The position numbers and the translations under genes are program-made. A stretch of 64,000 nt of DNA from Eledone cirrhosa. Taxonomy: Eukaryota. The notes beneath the pieces are model-generated. The model was not told where the DNA came from. It did not search any database and saw only the letters and a program-made list of their open reading frames with translations. Positions 52,330 to 64,000 of this stretch are shown one piece after another. The stretch spans positions 293,012,001 through 293,076,000 of the forward strand of contig OZ024740.1 in the NCBI GenBank assembly GCA_964016885.1, in the 5' to 3' direction. Every line of letters begins with the position of its first letter. Positions within the stretch are counted from its first letter, which is position 1.

Positions 52330-53090
52330 TTACCTGTCTGGGGGAAGGGGTTGGCGTTAGTTGATGTACCACCTCAGTAATGCAGATTGTTAAACTAAAA
52401 GTCTTACAGGCAAGTGAAAAGTGGTTCATCAATTCTCGCCCATCTTCGATGTGCAGTAGCATCAGCAAACAGTAAATCACGAATAGCACTTGTTTGTGTG
52501 CGTGTTTTAGTCTTAAAGCGCTGATTATTGAATAGCCCACCTGATGTACGGAATTCAAATTTAACACCAGTGTCTAAGTCGCTAATTGCACACTGAAGAA
52601 TTACATAGAGGAACAAAGCAAAGAGAACAGAGACCATGACATAGCCATTCTTCGTACGGTTTGTGATACCAAAGTGTTCAGCGCATTCACCATTTGATAC
52701 AATTGATGCTTTCATGCCCTGATGAAAAGCATGATGGCGTTCAACCTATTGACAATTATGACAAGCATTTTTTGAATTTCCAGAGAGCTTTGCGACTAAT
52801 AATGTCAAAGCTTTTTGGTCAAGTTGACAAAGACTATGAACAGTTCCTGGTTCTTTTTACGAACCTTCCCAGCAACCTAGCGAAGTGTACACATCATGTC
52901 AACAGTACAACAAACTGTGTGGAAACGACATTGATTTTCAAGGTAGATATTATCAACCAGTCAGGAGGTAATTATAGGGACAATTATGTTCCCAGCAATA
53001 GAGACAGTTGCTAAAGATATAATTTTTACCTTTGTTTTTGAAAATGTGGATTATAGAAGTATCTCTGAAGTCTTGAGGCACATGTTCGAC
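52330..53090 (-). mobile_element. RTE (BovB-like) reverse transcriptase fragment
   Basis: TVDMMCTLR...LFIVFVNLTK...FGITNRTKNGYVMVSVLF...GVKFEFRTSGGLFNNQRFKTKT...IRDLLFADA. Confidence 0.85.
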
Positions 53091-53541
53091 CTTCCAGATT
53101 TACAGATTAATTTATGACTTTACCGCTTCCATAAGTTTCAGGATTTTCAAAACTCATGAGAGATTGAGAAATGTGTGGCTATGTCGACTTTTATCTCTCA
53201 TCTAATTGATGTTGGGAATTTCTTTTAGTTTTATAAAATAAAAAGTGGGTCATATTGTTATATGTTTAAAGTACAATTTGATAGGTTTGAGGAAGATCAC
53301 GTCATTTGGTAATTTCACGCCAAAAATCGGGAGTGCCTTCGTTGTTTTATGTTTTTGCAGGAAAGAGATTCAAGTTTAAAGTTTAATTTGACAAGCTGAA
53401 GGTCATCACGTGATTGGCAGCGAGTTTGGGGATACTTTCGCGGAAAATCTTCCAAAACAAGAGTGAATGCCTGGTGTATTCAATAGTCAATGAAAGTTGG
53501 TATTATTATTGTGGCAATCCCTAAAATTCAAAAGTACAGGG

Positions 53542-53806
<265 letters not shown>

Positions 53807-53820
53807 ATACATAGATATTT

Positions 53821-54650
53821 ATATTTGAAAAAAAGGAAAAGAATGACTTCACTTGTAGTTCTAAATAATTTGATTTAATTTTATAATATTACAATATTAT
53901 GAGTTGGTAGATCTAGTAAGTTCTTTGTTAACTTAGGTGTGAAGAATTTTAAAGATTCCTGGTTAACTTTCTTGGAGAATTTTCCCGCATTCATCGGTGG
54001 CGATTGTCAAACTGAGATCAGGTTGTGTTGTGATGTGTGACTCTATATATATAAGAGAGATTTGGATGTGTCTGGGGGGTGGGGTGCAGTGTTAATGAGT
54101 GTGGGAGTGAAGGAGTTTTGATGAAGATTTAAAGGAATTAAAGCATATATACACAGATTGAAAAACATCCTGCCATTATATTCATCAAAGGTCATCTATC
54201 GAAATAAAACCAGCAGGAGGGGATTTTTTACAACCACTTTCTTAAACTTGCTGTCAACCTTCACCATTTTCTGTGTGTATATACGTATGTATGTGTGTGT
54301 GAGTGTGTGTGTGTGCGTGTGTGTGTATGCTTTAATTCCTTTAAATTTTCATCAACACTACTTCACTCCATACTCATTAACACTACACCCCACACCCCAG
54401 ACACATCCAAATCTCTTTTATATATATAGAGTCACACATCACAACACAACCTGATCTCAGTTTGATAATCGCGACCGATGAATCTGAGAAAGTTCTCCAA
54501 GAAAGTTAACCAGGAATCTTTAAAATTTTTCCCACCGCAGTTAACAAAGAACTTACTAGATCTACCAACTCATAATACTGTAATATTATAAAATTAAATC
54601 AAATTATTTAGAACTACAACTGAAGTCATTCTTTTCTTTTTTTCAAATAT
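53821..54650. repeat. Large inverted repeat, ~330-bp arms
   Basis: 53821-54156 versus 54322-54650; third partial copy at 60969-61158. Confidence 0.9.
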
Positions 54651-55041
54651 ACCTAACTGTACCAAGGATCTCACACATTTTCCAATATATGGATAATACC
54701 AGGATTGGACATATCCACAAAGTACGAGGGAAACTATCGATAGTCGGGAGTAGAGGAATTTTGGTAAAGTTTATATGCATTTTTCCTTCAAACTTAGATT
54801 TTAGACTTAGCTCCGTTTAATTGATTATTTGTCTAGTTAATTTCTGCGGGCTAAGAAGAAAGACTTGGTAAATTTTATCTGACTGTTCCTCGCGGGGGAT
54901 AGTCTGTGTCATTTATCTGTTATTTCTTAGAAGTTACATTTTAAACTTAGCTCTGTTTAAACGATTATTTATGTGGTTAATTTCTACGGATTAAGGAGAA
55001 GAAAAATTGGATATATTTTATCTGACTGTTCTTCAAACTTA

Positions 55042-55124
<83 letters not shown>

Positions 55125-55324
55125 CTAGTTATTTTGTGTTCTACTATGGCCGAATAACATTTCTCAATCTCTCCTGACTTTTGAAAATCCCAAAGCTTGT
55201 GAAACAGGTAAAGTCATAAATTATCATAAATAAACCTCCTTAAGACTACAATTGCCTTTTCAAATTCTTTTTCCTATAAGTTTACCCATGTGGGACATAT
55301 AAATAACCCCCTTTTTTTTTTCGA

Positions 55325-55710
55325 ATATATCCTCAATTCTGTATTCGTGCCAACCCTTATCTATAGTCATGAATCTTGGGTAATGACCAAAAGAATACGA
55401 TTGCGAATATAAGCGGCTGAAATAGGTTTCTCCTAAGGGTCTTTGGTGTAAAGTTACTCGACAGAGTGCGTAGCTCAGAAATCAGAGAGTCACTTCAGGT
55501 AGAGCCGCTACATCACCAAATTGAGAGATCATAGCTCCGATACTATAGGCACGTGGCAGGAGACCCAGATGGTTGGATAACATTCATGTGCTCGGCTAGT
55601 TTCGCTTGGGGATCCAGCTGGATCAGTTGGAGACAGTTGCTTCTGACAGAACCCGCTGGAAGGACTCTTTGAGGACTGTGCCCCCATGACCCTTTCTGGA
55701 ATAAGTGGGC
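55325..55710 (+). mobile_element. RTE-clade LINE 3' fragment
   Basis: VPTLIYSHESWVMTKRIRLRI*AAEIGF...KLLDRVRSSEIRESLQVEPL...IERS*LRYYRHV. Related minus-strand pieces at 41345-41575 and 57605-57850. Confidence 0.8.
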
Positions 55711-55753
55711 GAATAAGAACAAGATATGTATATATATAATGTGTGTGTGGGGG

Positions 55754-55786
<33 letters not shown>

Positions 55787-56749
55787 CGTACATAGTTTAT
55801 CGCTCCTTTATAGCACGAAGCAATATATATCATAGTGCCAATTTATAATCTACAATACCAAACGATATTATCGGATTCTCACGAAGACTGTATATCGTAA
55901 ATGTAACACATTATTGATGTCTACACTATAGCACTACATATTGTATATTATAAACCATGCAGTGCTTAACAATATTCCTAATTACGATTCAATACATATT
56001 CTAGATATCATACAGCGTTTAATCAAAAGCACCGATTTTCAAAGTTATTTGATCCGAGGAATACTGTTGAAGGTCCTAAACGTGTTACGGCACACGATCA
56101 GCTTTTAGAAGATCCATTATATAAAAAAAAGCGTATTAAAACTATTTAATGGCAAAGATAAGCTCATTGAAAATTGCTGCGAACGTGAGTGGTGAATTAA
56201 ATATATTCAAATTTTTTAATTATTTTGCCATTGTTTGAAACAGCTAAAGAACTCGCAGCACACCAGCAAAAAAATATAGAATTCTCAGCACAGTGGCTGA
56301 AAGCGCATGATTTAGTTAATACATATGAAAAATTTTGCCTAAGTTTGTATATAGTTCTCTGCATATGTTGCCTTTTTTGTTATTTGGTATTGTATTCTCG
56401 AAGAGATGTTAGTATAAAGACATCAAAGGAAACGAAATTTTTCAAATAGAAACTAAAATCTCAGTAAATGGAATCCCATATCGATTTCTGGATAGCGGGT
56501 ATATGTTTTGTAACATTGACCAAAAGCTGCGTTATTCATATACAAATACTTGTATTATAGGCACATAAATTATAAATCATAATGATTTATTGCGTTATTA
56601 CATGGGCGGAGCAAATTATTTGGACTGTAATTATGAATTGCATGAGTTGCATAATAAATATAGATAAAATTATGAACGTTTGATACACACACACACATAT
56701 ATATAATTGTACAGCCAACCATGTTACTCTTCATTCTTTATATATATAT

Positions 56750-56780
<31 letters not shown>

Positions 56781-56901
56781 ATATGTTTATTGCTTATATA
56801 TACACATATATATATATGTCTATATATATATATGTGTATATTTATATATGTATCTATACATATATACTATATATGTTTATATATATATATGTATGTATCG
56901 G

Positions 56902-56994
<93 letters not shown>

Positions 56995-58971
56995 TAAACC
57001 TTTATTTATGTGCAGTTGTTTGATGGGTGAGAATATAAAAAAAAATAGAAGATGAATTACTATGATTGAAGTGTAATTCCACACCTAGAAATGTTAAGAT
57101 AAAACAATTTTTCAAGATGGAAACTTATAAAGAAATCTGTTTGGCACAAAACTAATTTTCTCGGATATAGTACAATCTCAGTAAAACAATCTCAGTAAAA
57201 ACGTCTTACATATTAATCGATAAAAGGAAACAGTGAACACAAAAATATATATACGTATCTTTGAAAACAACAATTCACAAGAGAAAATCACAGTAAAATA
57301 GTCACATAAAAATAATAAATGACAGAAAATTCACGGAAAGGTCACAACAAAAACTTCAATAAAAATCTAAATTTATGTTGCTTTTTTGCCTCAATGTTTA
57401 ATTTAATATCTTAATAAAACAAGCGTGTTCTACATACGTATAATAAAATTATAAAACAGTGTGCTTTCATTGATTACATGCCATGTACACTAACTATTAC
57501 GGCACAATTTAATTAATAATCGAATGAGTGCATTATTTGTTTAATTATTTTAGCAATTATTTATAATACTTGTGACTTTTTTCGTCTCTTCTCTTCTTCT
57601 TCGCTCATAAATTCTTGAGAGCGTCATGGCAGCTGGGTCATCAAACACTCCTTCTAACGGGTCCTGTCAGAAGCAACCATCTCCAGTTGGATCCCCAAAC
57701 GAGACCAGCTGAATTCATGGATGTTATTCAACCATATTTTTCTGGATCAACCCAGAGGCTCCTGTCGGTTGCTTTTGTCCGTAAAATCTGTCCAGCAATT
57801 CTTTTCTGCGACATTGTAACTACATGCCGTAATATCGGAGCTGGGTCTTTTTTCCGTCTACACCAAATACATTTATATTCACGAAATCAAAATATATTTA
57901 TTTGCCTTCTTTGTATTCAATATAGTGAGGCGCAATCGATTGTTTCTCACAATTGCAACCAAACCTTGTAAGAAATAATAAAGAAAACGTATATCCGGTG
58001 TATAAGACGACTGACTAAACTATTTATTTAGTCTAATTTGAGAGTATTTTACAAAAGCAGGCTGCAAGGTTTGGTTTTTATTCAATATTTGGGAATTTTC
58101 CACACATTGGACGCAGATTTTTCATGCATGTTTTAATATATGTTGCACTAAAACGAATACTTATAAACTACAGTTATATAAATGTTATCAACGTTGCACA
58201 TATTTTATTTGGTGGTAAGGACGATTTTCTAACAAGCATCGAAATGTTGTAATCTAGCTCTGAGTATTGACTGCTCAAATAACAATTTAATGACTAGCAC
58301 ACTACTAAGTAACGATGTATTGCTAATTTATATTTAGGCAATCGATATTTACTTTACACCAGTTGTTTCAAATGGTAACTGGCAAGGTCAGTTTATTGTG
58401 TTCTAAGTTTTATAATTTTTTTTTCACAACAACTTTATAATTATTCCCGCTTCTCAAATATAACTGTAAGTTACAGTAGAAAATATTGAATAATAGGACC
58501 ATGGTAGATTGCAAGTGTTCTATTCTATTTACCTGCATGAATGGCGACTTTGTAAACCACCGAATATTATGATGCAGATTTTAAACTTGATATTTAAGAG
58601 GTTATTTAGTTCTAAATTCCAACCTCTACACATACATAAGCCCTTACAAATTGGAGTTTGTCTGTAGCGGCAAAATTTATTTAGTGAAGTTCATAAAATT
58701 AGATAAGTTTGAAGCTGCATGTGAGTAAGAAAAAGCCAGGTATTGCAGCCTGCTACTTTATTCTACTTTGAGCCATCGTGTAATATCTACGTTGTAGCTA
58801 GACGAGCTAAACATAGCTGCCACGTTTCCCTCAAATTGCACCCTAATATCTTTAAAAAAGGACACAGTACAATATATTCAGATATAAAAAACTACGCGAT
58901 AGTCGCGACTGAGATGTTTACGATCAAATTCTGTTCAACAAAAGGGGACATGGGTTTACTCAACCACCCAA

Positions 58972-59177
58972 CTACAGCAACAAAAGTAGCAACAGCATCA
59001 ACAGCAACAGCATTACTGGCAGCAACAATAGCAGCAGCAACTGCAGTAACAATAGCAACAACAGCAACAATAGCAACAACATCAGCAGCAACAGCAACAA
59101 CAACAGCAACAACAACAACAACACCAGCAGCAATAACAGCAATAGCAGCAACATCACCAGCAGCTGTAACAACAGCT
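58972..59177 (+). repeat. Degenerate (CAA/CAG)n repeat
   Basis: Triplet low-complexity run. Confidence 0.95.
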
Positions 59178-59569
59178 TTGACAGCTACTCTTCTTTAACC
59201 AATTATTGAAATGATTGTAATATGATATAAAATCTTGCCGGTATTCGTTTTCATTGGAGAAACAATTGTCAGTAAAATCTAACGAAGAAACCTCTACGTA
59301 GTAGCATCACTTGCTAAAAATAGCAGCCAAATCTCCCCCAATCAGCAACATGTATAATGTAGTCCCAGATACGCTATACTTTAAAAAAACCCAACTTAAT
59401 CAAATCACAGCTTGAATGCATTTGATTATAGGTTTAATCAAGGCTGAACGGGTGACTAAACAACTCGAGATGATTTTTTAATAATAACTATATATAATGA
59501 ACAGCCTTTCAGAATCTAGTCCTTGACATATATCACAGACACACACAAACACACACACGCACGCGCACG

Positions 59570-59600
<31 letters not shown>

Positions 59601-60356
59601 GTATGTATGTATCGGAATTGGGTAACTGACCCGAACAACTTCTCGTTCATCATCAAGTTTATAGAATCAGATGTCGTGTTGTTTTTAGATTACCCACTTT
59701 TGACAGGTAAATCAATTGCAATTAGCGAAATAACGAGGTTTAGTACTGACTGCAATATATGAACTTATTGATCTGGAGTAGAAGTAGACTTTTTTCCAAG
59801 TTCACAGCTATGTTGATCACACTCCTACTAAGGTGGTATAAACTACAAATACATTTATTGAATTGTAATTAGAACAATGCAGTTCAGGTCAACGGACAAG
59901 TCTGTCGGCTCATCTAGTTCAGTAACCTGTCCAGACAAATATGTAAACTATGGTACGATGAAAAGGTTTCCTTTTAGAAATGACACTATAATGTTCATCA
60001 TGTCGCACATAACTGCTTTTTAGATACCTAAAACTATATTGAATAAAGTAATATTAGATACACAACACACAATCCATTAATTCTAGACGGGATTGTCATG
60101 GCTGGGATGCTTTTGATCATATAATTACATAACCAGGACTGTCACGGATGAACCCCCTCCTCCAAACCACACTAAAGATAGAACCTGGTGGTGTAATTAT
60201 TATAAATGTTTGCCACAAAAACTTTTAATGCCTGTTCTATCTCTCTTCAAAATAAACTATTTCAGTCTCTCTACTTTCCCGATGTTCTCCCACTCTCTCT
60301 CTCTCTTACTTGTTTGCTTGCTCATTATATCACAGATACATCATATCCACCCAAGG

Positions 60357-60415
<59 letters not shown>

Positions 60416-60420
<5 letters not shown>

Positions 60421-60607
60421 AGTAAGTAAGACCCCGACGGCTGAGCTCAAGCCGTTTCGACGGCTAATTCTGTACAGAATTAGCCGTCGAAACGGCTTGA
60501 GCTCAGCCGTCGGGGTCTTACTTACTCCTATTACCCACTCTACTACCCTAAGTATTGAGTACTTTGGTGCGTTATGGTCCACCTGGTTCCTTACCACTTT
60601 TCCCTCG

Positions 60608-60608
<1 letters not shown>
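60416..60608. mobile_element. Fold-back Penelope-type 3' end; 116-bp perfect palindrome 60416-60531
   Basis: Centre ctgt|acag. Each arm carries GAA ACGGCT tgagctc AGCCGT C ggggtc (hammerhead 3' half). The right arm continues into a 77-nt tail; (TA)n on both sides. Confidence 0.9.
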
Positions 60609-60653
<45 letters not shown>

Positions 60654-60832
60654 GATGTAGGATGCTTAAAGCGTCCGTATGCGGTAGGCCGTATGAGCAC
60701 TCGATGCCCTCAGAGCAGAGTGTGATATCACAGAAAAAAGAAAACCAATTTATCGACGAAACGAATTTATTGTAATATGTCCAATAAATTCCTTTCGTTG
60801 CAACACTGATTCTCTTTTCTCCCTCTCTCCCC

Positions 60833-60905
<73 letters not shown>

Positions 60906-61439
60906 CCACTTCTACTTATATATATATACATATATATTTTATATATTTTATATATTATATATATATTTTAAAAAAGGAAAAGAATGACTTCACTTGTAGT
61001 TTTAAATAATTCAATTTAGTTTTATAATATTATGATTTCACAATTTGGTTTTGTAGATCTAGTAAGTTCTTTGTTAACTTTGGTGGGGGGATTTTAAAGA
61101 TTCCTGGTTAACTTTCCTGGGGAACTTTCTCGCAATCGTCGGTGGCGATTGTCAAACTAATGAAATTTCCAAACATTACAGTGTTTTCATTAAAAGTTGC
61201 ACCAGTCGACAAGTTTCAACACAATCTACAGAATGCAATTTCGGAAAATGTTATGGTCTAATGGGGCAGTTTATTGAATTCCTGTCTATACTATGTCATT
61301 TCTTGACAAGCAACAATACACTATTGCAGATACTGCCTACCAGTTTAATTTAATTTGTTGCTCTCTACAATGCTCTGTTAAGATCAACTTGTTTTGAATA
61401 GTATTGTATGTATGTAGGTATGTATGTATGTGTCAGGTC

Positions 61440-62041
61440 ACTAGTTGGTGCTACTGGTAACATGTATTCCAGTACAACCTGTCCCATGGTCGGGTCGTTG
61501 GCGACTAAACTGGCAACCCCACCAAGGTTTCTTGGTGAGGAGGGGGACTTTGGACATCCTGCAGGACTAAAAACAAAATCTGTCAAAGGGAAAAGGAGCT
61601 CTTAAGAGTCAATGGCCATCCAAAATCACCGGGAGTCATGACCCCTTAGCCTTTGTCAAGGCAGAATTCTAGGAGAAGGAAAACTCTGATATAACACCTG
61701 CAACCCTGATGGTATCCAATGATGTTGACTTGTTCTTCTTTTTGGTAAATATCATCTTGTTTAAGAGAGTGGGACTGGCTTTGTGCAGTGCCTTTGCTCA
61801 CTATGAAAGCTTCACGGCACAGGCATTGCTTTATATCTGGAGATCTCTCTGCACTTGTCGCCACATGGTACCAAGGGCCCAGCACTATGTGTCAATAATT
61901 GTCACAAGTGTAGTGTTTGTACCAGAGTTTTCAAGTCGCTAACTGGACTAAAAAATCACACTCGTTCAGCGCATCGGTAGGGGTTCTCCTACATGGATAT
62001 AAAGTAGTGGCCGTACTCGAAAACGAGTTGGCAGCCACCAT
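61440..62041 (+). mobile_element. Non-autonomous bipartite RTE-derived element
   Basis: Non-coding 5' block fused to an ORF C-terminal finger (CSVCTRVFKSLTGLKNHTRSAHR*) and 3' end; (ATGT)n on both sides. Confidence 0.75.
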
Positions 62042-62086
62042 GTATGTATGTATGTATGTATGTATGTATGTATGTATGTATGTATG

Positions 62087-62117
<31 letters not shown>

Positions 62118-62132
62118 GAATGTATGTATGGG

Positions 62133-62365
62133 ATAACTCGGACATAAAACCTGCGGCTCGGTAGTTACCGATTATGTTGATCTTTCCTTCTTTTCGGGTT
62201 ATAGCTACTGTCGCTCAGAGAGTGGGATTGGCTCAGTGCACAGTCTTTCCTCAATTTAAAAAAAATCTTCACGCACAGGCATTGCATGATAGCATTAATT
62301 GATAATTATGAATAATATTATATCGTGCAATGGCCATGCTCGATATCGAGGGAGCAGCCATCATG
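62133..62365 (+). mobile_element. RTE-derived element 3' part
   Basis: Highly similar to 32095-32326. Confidence 0.75.
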
Positions 62366-62369
62366 TATG

Positions 62370-62407
<38 letters not shown>

Positions 62408-62552
62408 TTGGAGCTCTGAAATAGCAATATATATATATGGATGTATATATAATGTATTTTGCAATACACTTTATGCTTAATTAAAAGCATTTTGAAGACC
62501 GTATGCTATTGTTTTAGAGTAGTGACAAATTCACTTACTTTAATCTCAGCAA

Positions 62553-62625
62553 ACAGGGGAGATAAGCCGACAAGGGCCTTGTTTCGCTTTTGTTGAAGCT
62601 TATCAAGGCTAACTACCCTTCCTGT
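62553..62625 (-). ncRNA. Type I hammerhead, UUGAUAA (U3-A8) core
   Basis: Reverse-complement counterpart of 63055-63127. Confidence 0.8.
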
Positions 62626-63054
62626 CTACTGAGATTACTGATGTTATATTCTTATAGAATTCTAGTAAATAATCAGGAGCTGATTATACAGAGCGATTGT
62701 TGGTCAGGCAGAAATTAAAAATTAGAATTGGAGCTCTGAAATAGCAATATATATATATGGATGTATATATAATGTATTTTGCAATACACTTTATGCTTAA
62801 TTAAAAAGCATTTTGAAGACCGTATGCTATTGTTTTAGAGTAGTGACAAATTCACTTACTTTAATCTCAGCAAACAGGGGAGATAAGCCAAGGGCCTTGT
62901 TTCGCCTTGTTTCGCTTTTGTCCATATATATATTGCTATTTCAGAGCTCCAATTCTAATTTTTAATTTCTGCCTGACCAACAATCGCTCTGTATATTCAG
63001 CTCCTGATTATTTACTAGAATTCTATAAGAATATAACATCAGTAATCTCAGTAG

Positions 63055-63127
63055 ACAGGAGGGGTAGTTAGCCTTGATAAGCTTCAACAAAAGCGAAACA
63101 AGGCCATTGTCGGCTTATCTCCCCTGT
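63055..63127 (+). ncRNA. Type I hammerhead, UUGAUAA (U3-A8) core, GUC site
   Basis: acaggaggggtagttAGCC-TTGATAA-GCTT caacaa AAGC-GAA ACAA ggcca TTGT C-GGCTtatctcccctgt. Confidence 0.82.
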
Positions 63128-63241
63128 TTGCTGAGATTAAAGTAAGTGAATTTGTCACTACTCTAAAACAATAGCATACGGTCTTCAAAATGCTTTTAAT
63201 TAAGCATAAAGTGTATTGCAAAATACATTATATATACATTC

Positions 63242-63290
<49 letters not shown>

Positions 63291-63321
63291 AGTATGCATG
63301 TATATATATATATATATATAT

Positions 63322-63985
<664 letters not shown>

Positions 63986-64000
63986 GTGTGTGTGTGTGTG

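Larger units (their letters stand above)
62401..63243. mobile_element. 320-bp hammerhead-bearing unit: tandem (62401-62720, 62721-62922) then inverted (62923-63243)
   Basis: attagaattggagctctgaaatagc recurs at 62401 and 62721; 62923-63243 is a circularly permuted reverse complement of the unit. Confidence 0.9.

Noticed and set aside
58743-59198. Ala/Thr-rich mucin-like ORF
   Set aside because: Old repeat sequence plus a CAA/CAG repeat; no exon signals.

Overview
AT-rich, microsatellite-saturated animal genomic DNA. The SINE family and repeat landscape suggest an octopod cephalopod (inference). The only host gene I can support is a minus-strand Na+/Ca2+ exchanger (SLC8/NCX): a short ATG-bearing exon (4031-4110) spliced in phase 1 to a 654-nt exon (1648-2301) encoding TM1-TM5 and the alpha-1 repeat; the gene continues off the left edge and needs an upstream exon not identified here. 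The rest is intronic or intergenic, filled with SINEs, RTE/CRE/R4/Vingi LINE relics, a hAT MITE and a Helitron end. The most striking signal is that many (TA)n tracts hold inverted-repeat (fold-back) fragments of Penelope-like retroelements from roughly ten families. By eye these carry more than 25 complete or half hammerhead ribozyme motifs, including non-canonical cores (U3-A8 covariant, U4C, U4A with a CUU site). Several palindromes are centred on the ribozyme stem II, the two arms are consistently asymmetric in their 3' tail, and one ~320-bp hammerhead-bearing tandem unit looks retrozyme-like. All structures were read manually; none was computed or tested, and repeat boundaries are approximate.
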